Assembly: GCF_001447785.1 (NCBI RefSeq)
Contig: NW_015164189.1
Location: 191,391 to 255,390, forward strand
Direction: 5' to 3'
Length of the DNA stretch: 64,000 nt
Source of the DNA: Gekko japonicus
Lineage: Eukaryota
The notes under the pieces are model-generated. The model was not told the origin of the DNA and did no database searches. It saw only the letters and a list, made by a program, of their open reading frames with translations. Positions 44,541 through 57,574 of this stretch are shown one piece after another. Position 1 is the stretch's first letter. The number at the start of each line of letters is the position of its first letter. The position numbers were made by a program, and so were the translations under genes.

Positions 44541-47432
44541 CTATGGCAAATACTACAGACATGACACAGGGGAGCACTATTTGCCACACTGGGGAAACTT
44601 CCAGTGGGGCAAACAGCAGCCCCCAGGGGACGTTTCAGGTTAAGAAAACAGCATGGGGTTGAACCACCTGTATTTGAATTGGGCATGCACCCACCTGGGA
44701 TTAACTTCCCAGCAAAGAACTCACAAAAACATTTGATCACATGGATCTGGGAAAGAATACAAGGTACATTTAGGCCCCCGAGTTAGCCATAGGCAAAGCA
44801 GCAGCTTGTCAAGCACAAGGAACTAAGGGGCAGAAATCCAGTGGAGCCCTTGAGCCATTTCCAACATAACCCTGAACTGTTGGCTCCATTCTCACTTCTG
44901 ATGCAAAGTGTACGGGGACTTTCACAACAGAATTGGACAGCCTTCAGTCTTTCCATATTTGAGACCTACCTTGAATTGAATGCTGCAACCTGTAAAAGCC
45001 CCTCTTTCTGCCACCTTCCTTCTTTTGACCTCATCTCCCTCTCTTGGGCCATACCTATAATGCTCACCTACCGGTTGCTCTATTGCTCTACAAAACCATG
45101 CAAATTCTAGCTCCCTGAGCTATTGTGGGTGGAGAAAGAACTCTCAAACAGCATACTCAGCGTTCACACCAAGCTACAATGCTATACTTGACAAACAGTG
45201 ACGTGCATTTCCCAGGAACATTTGAATCAAGAAATTTTCCAATGCAAATTTTTAATTTTTTTTAACTATTTAAATGTTAGCCAAAGAAGGAAAATACCCA
45301 CGTACAAGCACCAGAGATTGTCCCTGCTTCATATCACACATTTAGTCCATCTAACATGATTGATTTGCAGCACAACAGCCCTGGCAACTATAGATGAACA
45401 GACTATATTTACATCTGCACGGTGGAAGATTTTCCATGAAAAAATATAGCATCCATTCTGGAGATATTCCACCCTCCATCCCTGCTTATGAGGCGCCTTG
45501 ATTTTATAAATAATAGAATTTGAGGCTTTAAACTGCAAATTCAAAGTGCCTTAACTATAAAATGTCACCTGGGGCTCTGGAACCCTGAGAAGGGGAATGG
45601 GGAAGAAAAAGAGAGAATACCACAACACTTGAATTATAAAACCAATATAAAATGTGTAGTGTAGACACACTGTCAGTTCTTTTTCCTTCCTACTTTCCTC
45701 CTTCTCTCGAAAAACAAATCCATTGGTGTGCTTTCCCTTAGCTCATGCCACCATCTGAGTCCCAATTCACCCACAAAGGCAATGACTTAGGGCACCACAA
45801 CTTGATATGCAAAGCCAATATCATGAAAGCTCAGGCTGTGTACGTGACTCTGCAATTATCTCTGTGCAAAGAACCTTCTTAGAAAGCCACTCCAATGGTC
45901 CACCAGGACAAAAAAAAACATTGCTAGATAAACAAGCAGAAAGCCCCTTGCCTTTTAGTTAAATATTATAACCTACCATATCTGTTCTGACAGACAAAAA
46001 AAAAAGGCAGTGACTCAGAGTCAACAGATGCGGGCGCAGCTGTACTCATTCCACAAGACAGACCCATCCAGAGGATCTCAAAACCAAACAGATGCCAAGA
46101 AATTGTCACACGGGAAAAACTAGAAAGAAAAGCACAGAGAGGTAAGCAGCACAGCATCCAACCTCATGCCCTGAGGATGATGACGGGGAAAGCTTTTGGA
46201 ACCCATCGTTAAGGAAGCAACAAGCATAGGGACTGATGTAAAAACGTGTATAGCTGCTGATCACGTGAAAATTTTCTGGAGACCCATTTCAGAAGTAAAG
46301 GCTTGCCTGAGGTTGGGAGTGGTTTCAGAAGCTTGTAAATAGCCTGCTCTGTTGAGGATGACCTGAGGCCAGTCACACTACCAGCCCAACCTACCTCAGA
46401 CTAATCTACCTCACAGGGCTATTGTGAGGATAACACAGAGGAGAACTCTGGCTGTCTTGCTGGGGAAAACAGCAGGACACCAGTGAAGTAAATAAATGAC
46501 AGACTGCACTCACCAAGTGGCCTCAAAAGGGAGAAAACATGTTAGCCCGTTTTTTCCAAGCAAGCTACCACAGAAAGTAATAGCAGTGTTCAAGAGTACC
46601 AAGTCCCAGCTGGCCCAGTCTGCTAAATGCTGAACCAGGCCACCTCGTGTGGGCTGTAATAGCAAGCAGTAACAACATTGCACTGCAAAAAACCTCCTAT
46701 GATTTCTTGGAGGCTCTTCTCCTTGAGATAAATCGCGGTCTGGACCCAGAGAGCCTGTGCCTTATATGTCACAGCCACAAAGCCAAACAGTGGCTAGAGG
46801 CACATGGATAGGCGTTGAGTACTCTGACCTTCACATCGCTCCCACATTCTGCCCCTTGGAAAGAAAGAATTTCCCCTTCCAACAACAGGACACCCAGAAT
46901 GTTGCCAGGCAGATACAGCTAAGCCTCTGGTTGGTCAGAGAAGTGCCATGTGATGAAATGCATTTACTGGTAAATTAACCTAATTATCTGGACAGTGTCA
47001 ACCAATTAAACATCCATGACTTATCAGACCATCTTCTGTGAAAGGGAGTTAAGTAAAAAAAATGGACTTCTTGGATTCATAAAATGCCCCCCCCCCCCAA
47101 ATATACGATTTGTCTGTGCTAGTCAGTACAAAGAAAATTTGCATTGGTCGGCCACAAATCTGTACAGAAATAGTGCAATATTTTAATCAAGTTCTTTGTA
47201 GTCATATTGCATGGGAGATAAAGAAAAAAAAGACAGGCAATAGAGGTGACAATTAGCATTCAAGATGCTAAAAGCACAGATTTCCAGCGTTTCATTCAAA
47301 TTTTCTTTATAACTAAAAAACAAAAGTTTTTAAAAGTGTTTAATAGGGACAATTTATTTAGATGTATATTCCGCTCTCCCCACGAATGGGCTTAGAGCAG
47401 ATCACATCATATGTGGATAGAAACATATATAT

Positions 47433-47585
47433 GTTGTTGTTGTTCAGTCGTACAGTCGAGTCCGACTCTTCGCGACCCCATAGACCACATCACGCCAGGC
47501 CCTCCTGTCTTCCATCATGCTCTGGAGTTTGCTTAACTTCATGTTCGTTGCATCAATAACACTGTTTAACCATCTCATCTTTTGC
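47433..47585 (-). mobile_element. BovB (RTE LINE) 3' fragment with TSD, nested in a decayed L2 (~47350-47890)
   Basis: (TTG)n tail + ttcagtcgt...gtccgactcttcgcgacccc; TSD CATATATAT at 47424-47432 and 47586-47594. Confidence 0.85.
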
Positions 47586-49137
47586 CATATATATAGCAAT
47601 ATTTAAAACAATTAAATAATACGATTTAAAAACAACAGTGTATAACCACAAACACAATTTCAGCTGGAGTGACTGGATCCAGAGAAGTTCTTAATCTGGG
47701 CCAAACAATGATCAGGCTTCAATGAGGGAGGCTGGTTTCACTGTATGCCCTCTAACTCAACCAAAGGTCTGGCGGAACAGCTCCATCTTACAGGCCCTGC
47801 AGAATGATAATAAGCCCCACAGAGGGCTCTGATCTCAAGTGAGAGTTTGTTCCACCAGGCCAGCCCTGGTCTTGGTCGAGGCTAGACGAGCGGATTGTCA
47901 TCCTCCCCCCCCAAGAGCTGAACAGAAGCTAGATGTTAACTGGGTACAAACCACATGGTCTCACTGGAGGCACTATGTGACTCCTCCCCTAGAACTAGTT
48001 AACACACAAAAAAGCAAGAAAAACAGTGAACCTAGACTGCATAGCATTTTGCCCCCTCAAACACCACTGGGTCAAGCAAAAATCCTTGTGATGTCCAAAA
48101 ATAAGATACACAAAACCAGCAATGATGTTTAACAGGGATGGAGATATACCAATATACCCTAGATTTCTTCTCTTCATTTATACCCCACCTTTCTCCCCAA
48201 TGGGGGTGTCATTCTCCTCTTCTCCACTTTATGCTCACAACAACCCTATTAAGTAGGTCAGGCTGAGTGTGACTGTCCCAAGGTGACCCAGCAAGCTTCC
48301 TTGGCAGAGTGACAATTCGAACCTGGAGCAATCTAACCACCAAACCACACTGTACTGATACTTTGACATTTTCATCAAGCAAGGCAAGTACCAGCCAGTT
48401 TAATAAAGAAGAGAGAGGCCCAAGTGGTGTCCTCTGCTCTCTGCTGGAACTTTTGTCAGTTACAAACATTGCCTTGTTGGGAATTGCTGATTGTTTATAC
48501 TCCCTTCAACAGTGTGGAAGGAAAGCTTGGACTATAATTATATCCCAAGTTATGTGGGAGTAAGACCCATTGAATTCCATGACACTTCCAAGTAAACATG
48601 CATAGGATAGGGCTGCAAATCCCTTTGTTTCCCCCCTCAGCCCACCTAAAACAATATCTTTCTCTCTGCTTCTTCTAGAAATATCTACCTAGCCACTGGC
48701 TGGGGAAACCCCGCAGTCTTTACCAGAAACAGAGCAGTTTCCAGACATTTAAAAAAACCCTCTCTGAACAGGACATTAGTTCTAAAATGCACGGCACCTT
48801 TCGTAAGAGGTATACAGAGTCTCTTCAAAATAAAAGGTGGTACTGTTTTGAGACTAGAACTAATAAGCAGCGCCTCGCCAGACTGGCACTTTCCAAGACC
48901 CTGTGATGCCACGGGTAGAATGTCCCCCTACAAGGTTTTCTTTTGTTCCTTCACATCATCTAAATATTGACACTGTGTGCCTGAGCTCAGATGCTATGAT
49001 AAATAAAAAGTATAAAGAAACAAAATGATAAATAAAAAGGCTTCAACCCAGAAGCACTTTTTATAAGTCATGAGCCTTGTAGTAACTAGTGGTTCTTCTA
49101 AATGTATCTGCTCCAACCAAGTATTGTTACCCGCCTC

Positions 49138-49311
49138 CAATGCTCCCTCTAAGCTGTCGAGTCTTGTGAGCAAGAATTGTATCTTGTGAGCTACTGGCAT
49201 TAAAGTTTGTGAGCTACTGAATAAATTAGTTTGCTCTGGAGCCATCCCTTCCTGACCTATGACAAAAATGTGTGAGCCGGAGGCTAAAAAACTGTGAGCT
49301 AGCTCACACTA
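49138..49311. mobile_element. hAT-like MITE (same family as 31314)
   Basis: caatgctccctctaagctg ... gtgagctagctcacactaa. Confidence 0.7.
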
Positions 49312-51439
49312 AGGAAAGCACACATGATAAGCCAAGAGTACACAACAGGGCACTAGCACCTGGTGAACCTGACAGCTGATTTGAACCTAGGTGTCCCTCT
49401 GTGAACACAGCCACTATTTGACCCACCAAAACCAAGGCCTTATATCTTAATTCTAAGCCAAATGCATAAGAACACACACACCTTGACTCGAAAAAGAAGT
49501 GGGAAAGATGTTTCACATGTCTCAAAATGATAACAGTAACCACTGTTGGCAAGTACCAACGCTCTTGGTCCAGGGTCCACATTCTAATGTGTCTTCGGGC
49601 ATATCCAGAATGAGACCCCATCCCCACCCCACTCCAATACAGAACAAGGCCTCCCAAACACACGTATTTCAATTTCAAGGGCTTTGGTTTCCATGCCAGA
49701 GGGAAGGATGCACAAGAAAACCTGAGCCCTGGGCCTTGTCTGAACGGCAGAAAAATTACTGCAGTATTAGTTTAATTGAAACATACTAAACTGGAATCTT
49801 GCAGCACCTAAAAGAGAGACCACATTTTATTCCAGCACAAGTTTTTGTGAGTTTGGACTTCATTCCATGAGGTCAGGCCTAAAGCACAAAAGCTTGGCAT
49901 GGAATAAAGTGGCACTAAAGGTTTTTTTTGGGGGGAGGGGGTGTTACAGAAAAAAATGCTTCTCCTGCAGAACTGCCACAGCACTCAAAGCATTCATCCT
50001 TAAAAGGCATTCTGCTGCCACACCCCACCATTTATCCCTAACTATGGTTACTCAGATGAACCTGCCCTGGACTAAGTCAACTCACTGGTCCATTGTGTGC
50101 AGTGTTGTTGCTCTGACTGGCTGGCAACTGCTTCTGGGGGTCTTACTAACTATTAATGCCTGTAAATGAATCTGGGACTTTCTAGACATAAAGTGTATGC
50201 ATAACCACAGCACCTCCTCAAGAACTAGCAACTCATGTGACTCCAGAAAAAAAAGGTTCCAGCTGAAGATGTCTTATACTGTGTTGGATCACTGGTTTAT
50301 CAAGGTCAGGGTTGTCTACTTACACTGCCAGTAGCTCCCCAGGGTCCCAGATCTTTCACATTACTAGTGATTGAGCCTGGGACCTTCTGTGTAGAAAAAC
50401 ACTGAGCCACAGCCCTAAGAGCAGCCAATACTGACCTTGAGAGACATGTGAATACATAAAGCTACTTTACCATTGGTGATATGGCTCAGTTGCAGAGGAT
50501 CTGCTTTGTATGCATGAGGTCCCATGTCCAATCCCGGGAATCTCCAGTTAAAAGGATGTAGTAGGTGATGTGAAAGACTTCTTCCCAAGACCCTGGTGAG
50601 CTGCTTCCAGTTGGAGCAGACAAAACTAACCTAGAAAGACCATTGGGACAGTTTTGTGCATTCACATGTCTACCAACGTCAGTATTTGACCTCCCAGACA
50701 CATGAAGACTCTTGGTCTATCAAGGTTCATTCAGGTCGAGATCTTTCATATTACCTCCCACCAGATTCCTTTTCACTAGACACATCGAAGACTGAACACA
50801 GGATCTTCATGCAACACCCATGCTCTACCAGTGAGCTGCATAGCTAACGCCAGAGAGCAACTTACATTGTGACTAAGGTCTGTAATTTGTCACACAAAAT
50901 ACATTTAGCATATTTTCATCCCACCCTTCCTCAAACTGGTTCAGGTTGGCATACAGCATTTCCCCTCCTCCATGTTACCTCATAGCAATGCTCAGCCAAT
51001 GTAGCATAGCTGTTCCAGCATCAGAGTACAACCCGGTAGTCCCAGAGTTTAGGGATGCCAGGCCATCTCTGGTACTCCCAGGAGCTTGGGGGCGGGACCA
51101 AGGGCGGATGGGATGTTGGCACGTGGCCAATGTCACATTTACTTCTTGTTTCTCCTGCCAGCTCCAGAGGCAAGGTGGGATCAGCAGGAGAATAAATGCC
51201 CAAAGCAGGCACTTGGCATCCCTACACCAGGTTCAAATCTGCACTCTGCCATTAAATTTCAGGCAAGTCATTCTCTCTCTTGCTAACTTACCTTGCAGAG
51301 TTGTTGCAAGGATAAAATGGAGATGGTGAGAATGACCATATAACTCTCTGGGCTCGTTCGGGACACGATAAAAACACACGCTAAGCAAATACGGGAGAAA
51401 ATATAAAATAAAGTTATTGTTTTTAACGCACAGGCCGTT

Positions 51440-52720
51440 GACTCCCACCCCACGGCTGAGAGCCCCAAACTCACCGCTGTGCGAGCTAAACCACCGGGGC
51501 CCGAGGTGCAAAGGCAGCGCGTCGGCCAGCGAGGCCCTGGAACCCAGGTAGAGCATCCCGTCTCTGTGGTGACCGCCTCCCGTCTCCTGGTAACCGTTGC
51601 CATGGGCGTAAGGGGTGGAGTCCGCGCCCGACCCGCCGCCGCTGCCAGGGCCGCGCTCCGAGTCTCCGGCCGCGGCGGCCGCCGAAGCAGCCGTGTAGAG
51701 CCCGAAGGGGACGCTGCCGGGCGCCGCGGGCTCCATGCCCAGCCCCACGCCCCCGCCGGCCACCGAGCTGACAGAGCGGCTGCGCAAGCCCATGGTGGCC
51801 CCGCCGCCGCCGCCCGCGCCCCGGTACTGCCCGAAGTGGGGGGCTCCTCCGGGCGGCGGCACCGCGCTGTCGTCGCTCGACACGCCGCCCCGCGAGCGCC
51901 CCGCTGCCGTCGCGGCCGCCGTGCTCTGCTTGCCGCCCATGCCGAGCGGGGAGGTGGCGGGGAGTCGACGACGACTAGGAGCTAAGGGCGCCCCCGGAGC
52001 CGGGCATCCTCGCCTCGCCGTCGGCGCTGCCGCCGCTGTTGCTGCAGCCCCTCCTCCGCTTCCTTCGCCCCCAACCGCCGCCGCCGCCGCCGCGCCCCAA
52101 CGGGCGGCCCGCCGCGCCTCCCGGGCTCATCCACGGCGGCAAGGCAGCAGGGCCAGCGCCGCCCCGCTTCGGGGCCCGCCCTACGGAAGGGAGAAGCGGT
52201 GGCGGCGACCGCCGCGGCTTCGCTCGAGTCCTCTAGCGCTGCTCCGCATCCAGGCGGCGGCCAGGCCCTGCCTCTTGCAGCAGCGGCGGCGGCGGCGGCG
52301 GCACCTCCGTCAAGGCGCGGCCTTTAGCCGGCCATGGAGAAAAAGGCGAGCCCTGCCCCTGCCCCAAGGCTCCGGCTTCCCACTTTCAGCCGCCCCGCTG
52401 GGAGGCTGCCTTTTGTCCGAGATGCAGCCAGCTGGGGCTCCCGCCTCGCCGTCGGTCCGCTCAGCCCTCCTGACGGCTGCCGGGGAAGACAATAGAGCCG
52501 CGCACGGCGCCTGCGCCACTCAGGCTCCCCGCCCCCTCTTCTGCCGCCGCCGCCGCCGCCGCCACCACCACGGCCATGCGTCAAGGGCTGGCCCAGCTAA
52601 GGAAGGGGTCGTTTGAACTGGGCTCCAGGTGGCCAGGCAGCGCCTAGCAGGGCTCTGGTCGTTAGAGACCTCGTGGCTACCTTGGGAAGTGGAGACGCGC
52701 CGAGGGGCCGTGCCAAAGGG
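51440..52720. promoter_or_regulatory. CpG island / ZNRF1 promoter and 5' leader, with CCG/CGG repeats
   Basis: Very high GC and CpG density over exon 1 and upstream. Confidence 0.85.
51475..51940 (-). CDS. ZNRF1: ZNRF1 exon 1, coding part (E3 ubiquitin ligase; MGGKQS myristoylation motif)
   Basis: MGGKQST, GLRSRSVSS, GNGYQETGGGHHRDGMLYLGSRASLADALPLH match ZNRF1; |gtgagt donor; spliced CDS 726 nt (241 aa). Confidence 0.97.
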
Positions 52721-52849
52721 TAGCCGTGTTAACGTGCAATCCTACCCAATGGCTGCACAGTAACAACAGACGCCTATGCAGAGAAACAACACAGTAGTCC
52801 AGTGGCACCTTTTAACACTATGTTTTTAACAATCTTTATCTGCTACTGT

Positions 52850-53128
52850 TCCACGCAGGGAGTAATTAAATTGTGGGGTTTGGTGCCCGTGGATGTGGTG
52901 ATGGCCAAGAGCATGGATGGCTTTAAAAGACAGATTCGTGGAGGAGAGGTCCAGCAAGGGCTGCTTGCCACTGTGACTGAATGTCACCTCCATATTCAGA
53001 GGCAATAAAACTCTGAGTACCAGTGCCAGGAGGAGGCAACATCGGGAAAAGGCCTGGTTGGTCACTCTGTGAAAAACGATGCTGGACTAAATGGACCAGT
53101 GATCTGATCCAGCAGGGTTTATCTTACA
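52850..53128 (+). mobile_element. Old CR1 3' fragment
   Basis: ggatgtggtgatggcc...gatggctttaaaaga...ctggactaaatggacc...ctgatccagcagg. Confidence 0.75.
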
Positions 53129-54430
53129 TTACACGGTAATGCTATGCAAAGTTACTTCATTCTTAACTCTATTGATTTTAATGGCTTCAGAGTGGAGTAA
53201 ATGCAATAAAATAAAACAGGTGTTTTAAAGTGCCACTGGACTCCTGTTTTTTTCTGCATAGGATTCTATTGTTACTGTGCAATTGTAGCAGTTAAAAAGA
53301 GCAAGAGTCCAGTAGCACTTTAAATTTGTAAATTAAATTTGCAAAATTTGCGGCAGGGAAACAAAATTTGTGTTGTACAATTTATTAAAAATGGAAAAGA
53401 AAAAGTTGTTTTAAAAAATGTGGCAAGCTCTGAACTCTTTTCTTCAGCTACAGACAGTCTGTCCTGATCTGTGCAATTGTTAACAGAGTTACATGCTTCT
53501 GACCCAAAGGACAATAGGACCTGGTGCTGAAACTTCAGTGAGTTTAGAAGGCTGGTAATTCTGCACTGTAAGTCTGTTGCAGGAAAAAATAAACAGGAGT
53601 CTTATAGCATGTTAGTAACTTAACAAAATATTATTCTACCATGAGTTTTCATACACTTCCGCCTGCTTCTTCAGACACATTGAATAGCTGTTCACTGGGA
53701 AGACATTCTAAGGAAGACGTAAGGCGGAAACCCCCAGCAGGGTCAAAGGTCAATGGAATGCTGGAAGTACAGGGTGAAATTTACATTTCAAGCCAAATCA
53801 AGAAAAATACAGTTACTGCACAGAGCGGTGACATTGAGGCTCAAGTTGATACACATTTGGGGTTTCGGTGTGCTGTAGCATTTGGAGTATTGGAGTATTA
53901 GAGTATTGGAGACTCAGGTTCTAATCCCTGCTCTGCTGTGGAAATTTGCCAGCCGCACTCTCAGCATAGCTACCTCACATGGAGGCAAAAACACTGTGGG
54001 TCCCTGATGGTGAGAAAGGCAGGCTATATCTGAATTAAATAATATATCTGAATAATATAAATATATCTGAATCCAATAAATAAAATAAAGGACACAATGA
54101 CCTGATGTTGAACAGTTGTTGCTACTGGGTCAATGGCTTTATTTGTACCAGGTTTTGCCAGAGCTGAGCTCTAAATCACTACTCAGATAAGAAAGTAACA
54201 AAAAAAAAAAATTGTAGCTCAGGCTTGTTGAGCCCACTATGGCAGATGCACAAAGTGCACATCAGAGGCCTAAACTATGTTTCATGTTTTCCTTGCATTC
54301 TCCCCAGCTCCAGGTAATCCCACATGTGCCACAAATTCTGTCTTCGGAGCTCAGTTGCCACTGGCAGTTTGTCAGGCACACAAAAGCTGATGTGACTCAA
54401 GCTTGCAGTGCTCAGAGAGAAAGGTCTTCA

Positions 54431-54710
54431 GCCAGTTTGGTGTAGTGGTTAAGTGTGTGGACTCTAATCTGGGAGAACCAGGTTTGATTCCCCACTCCTC
54501 CACTTGCACCTGCTGATGTGACCTTGGGTCGGTCACAAGCTCTGGCACAGCTGTCCTTGAAAAAGAGCAGTTTGTGTCAGAGTTCTCTCAGCCCCACCCA
54601 CCTCACAGGGTGTCTGTTGTGGGGAGGGGAAGGGAAAGGCGTTTGTAAGCCGCTCTGAGACTCCAAGTGAAGGGCGGGGTATAAATCCAATCTCTTCTTC
54701 TTCATCATCA
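54431..54710 (+). mobile_element. Squam3-like SINE
   Basis: Same family as 15376, with TTC/TCA tail. Confidence 0.85.
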
Positions 54711-57172
54711 TCTCCTGGCACTGTTAGCCTGACCCAAACCTGCCACAGATGCTGATTTCAGTGGCCTTAGAAGGCTGTAATTCTGCTGAGGATTGCACTG
54801 CAAGGCCAGAGCATGCCCTGCAGAGCTGAGCGCCCGCTAGCATATTCACAAAGGGCTGTGGAAAGCTTTCTCCATGCCTAGGAGGATGAAAAGGTTCTCT
54901 GGAAGCTCTGCCTACAAACAGTGGCAGGGAGGGAATCCACCTTCTGCCTCTCTTACAAATGCTCTTGTTTCGCACTCCTTATTCACTCCGATACCCAAGA
55001 GGACTCTCAAAATAGCCACTGACATACATAGCAGCACAAAGGGAGGGAGCCGATGTAGTTATTTGGGAAGCTCATAGGACATGCCAGAGACCAGGAATGC
55101 TAAACTCCCTGCCCTGAGTCACCTTGGGTGTATGTCACCATCATATCCTATGTTTACTCAGAAGCACAGCAAAGGATGGCAGCTCCCCCCCGTACCTGTG
55201 CACAAAAAGTGCTACAGCTGTTTCCCAGGAACACAACCTCCATGTTATTTGCATGGATAAGTTTGCATGTCCTTCATGCCAATGTGACATCTTGATTTTT
55301 TTTTCTTTGCACACCATCTAATTAATTTGGGGGCACTGGGCCTACAAAAGAATTCACGAGATGCATGGCCAGAAATTAAACTTTAACAAAGGACATGTTC
55401 TGCATCAGGCAAGGGTTGAACTGGCTACAATATTGGCTCAATGTAAGCTGAGAAAGGGGTCACGGGAACTTAAAGCTTCTCCCTTGTGAACACAGCAGCC
55501 TGTGGCAGATCCTTTCTCTGCATATCAGATCTCTGCATGGGTCAGTGCTCTAGGGTTGCCTCTACTGAATCAAGCATATACAGGACAATGACTCTTTAAA
55601 AAGGGAGTGGTAAGGTCTGCTGAGAGCTAGTAATTATTTCCCACTCTTATAAGAAAGGTTTGTCTCAGTGGTCTGAATTTGTGGACCCACAGTTACAGCC
55701 TATTGCAACTTCTGTCACCCTCTCAGGCTGGATGCAGCCTATCTTCTTATGGATGGGAACTGAACAGGACGTCTTCAAGGCTTAAAGTCTGCATCAGAGC
55801 TTCCGTTTGGCAGAGTCTGGGCTTGGCTGAGAAAATGTTATGCTGCATGCTGCTGGGTCAGAGGCAGAGCCAGCCCGGAACCGCTTCATGTTGACTAGAC
55901 TGCTCCCCAAGGGCCTCCTCAGCAAGGGAGAGGGTCTTTGCCAGCCAGTTCTGCCCCCTCAGATCTGTTCAAAAATAAATGTCAAACACTGACCCACTGA
56001 CTTCTTACAAACCTCAATTACTGAGGTTACACTGGCCTACAAAGAATGGCCTTCGAGTGTATGCCGAGTGCAGCACCGCACCAAATCAGGCCCCCACTCA
56101 CATTAGCAGAAGAAATTAAACCTTGTAGTGGGGAGTGTGAGCCCTCTAGGCAAGTTTGCATTTAGGGCTACCTGTTCCAGCCTGGCAAATTCCTTGAGAT
56201 TTGAGGGGTGTGCCTAGGGAGGATGAAGTTTGGGGAGGGGTGGGAGTTCAGTGGGATGTGATGCCATAGAATCCACCCTCCAAGCTGTTGGAAATATGTG
56301 TGTTGCAAAGTCTAAAGTCAGTCATTATCGGGTTAATGTGCTTACCCTGTGTGCAGTTGTTTTAGACTGACCTGGAAGGGAACCTGGCAGAAAGCCAATG
56401 GAAAGAAAGCCCATTTACTAACAATCATTGGTTAATGTATTCAGGTGATTTCCTTCTAGGGGTCAAGAAGAAAGAAGAATCTCCATTACTATGTGTGTAT
56501 CTGTTGTTGCAAGCATGTAGTCTTAAGTGTTTGTTGTTTTGTAGATTTTCCCGTGTACCCTTCCTTTTAGAAATAAAGATTTTTACATAGAACGGAAATG
56601 CCTCCTCTCCAGTGAACAAAGATCCATTGCAACCTCTTAATATCTAACTATTTTTACCAATTTTCCAACACAAGCTGCCATCTCCCCCCAGAAGAACTGA
56701 TCTGTGGATAGCGTTGCCAGGTCCACCAGTGAGAGAGGGTTGCCAGACCCAGGTCATGAAACTCCTGGAGATTTGAGACTCAAATTGAGAGAGCCTGGGG
56801 AGGGCAGGGACCTCAGTGGGGTTGGGGTACAATGCCACAGGGTCCAAAGCTTCCATTTTCTCCGGAGGAACTGATCTCTGCAGTCTGGAGATGAGCTGCA
56901 GTTCCGGGAGCCAAGTCCTACCCGAAGGCTGGCATACCTATGACTCGGAATGCTGGAAATCAACTCCAGTCTCCAGTCCACGCCCACGTGAATGGCAGCC
57001 TTAACTCAGTGAGTTTCACATCGCTCAATGTAGAACCGTCTCAGCCCGATATTCGCACAGAACCACCAGGCCAAGGTCACAAGGATGGGAGGAACTGTGG
57101 CGATCATATTCGGCTTTATTAAAAACAAAAACAAAAAAAGTTCAACTCCTCCTTTACGCCCAACGGCCTCAG

Positions 57173-57195
57173 ACTACACTTCCCGGCAGGCCCCG
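57173..57195 (+). promoter_or_regulatory. ZNF143(Staf)/THAP11-type motif ACTACAnTTCCCGGCAGGC
   Basis: actacacttcccggcaggccccg matches the ACTACAnnTCCC composite promoter motif, ~100 bp upstream of the ATG. Confidence 0.7.
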
Positions 57196-57267
57196 CGCGC
57201 ACAGCGAGCTTGCGTTACGTCTGGCAGCGTCTTCTCCCCCGCCCGCTTCTGCAGCTTCTAGGCAGTC

Positions 57268-57279
57268 CAAGATGGCGGC
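57268..57279 (+). promoter_or_regulatory. YY1 motif CAAGATGGCGGC overlapping the WDR59 start codon
   Basis: Exact match to the YY1 consensus. Confidence 0.6.
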
Positions 57280-57325
57280 GCGCTGGAGCAGCGAGAATGT
57301 TGTGGTGGAGTTCCGGGATTCGCAG
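57272..57325 (+). CDS. WDR59: WDR59 exon 1 (GATOR2 subunit; MAARWSSENVVVEFRDSQ); rest of gene not found in window
   Basis: Recognisable WDR59 N-terminus, CAG|GTAACC donor, known head-to-head synteny with ZNRF1. Confidence 0.93.
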
Positions 57326-57574
57326 GTAACCGGCTGCTCCCTCAACTCGGCAGCTCACGCGCCGGCTGGGTGTAAGTGGCAGGGCCTCGTTGGGGGGGAC
57401 CGTGGCCCCTCTCCTTTGTTGCAAGAACACGAGCTTGCCTCCCCCCTGTTCACCATTCGGAGTTGCTGTTTTTGGCCTCATAGTGGCGTTTTCCCCTCAG
57501 TTCTTTTGAAGAAGCGCGTAGCGTGGCTGTTGTGTTTTCATTCCCTTTTATTCCCCTCAGGGTATGGAGTACAT

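Larger units (their letters stand above)
57160..57400. promoter_or_regulatory. CpG-rich WDR59 promoter
   Basis: CpG cluster around the WDR59 ATG. Confidence 0.75.

Noticed and set aside
31314-49311. Two opposite hAT MITEs as the ends of one 18-kb transposon
   Set aside because: The 31314 copy has both of its own TIRs, I saw no shared TSD, and there is no transposase between them
51735-52616. 293-aa plus-strand ORF antisense to ZNRF1 exon 1
   Set aside because: Low-complexity Pro/Ala/Arg sequence expected from stop-poor CpG-island DNA; no recognisable domain
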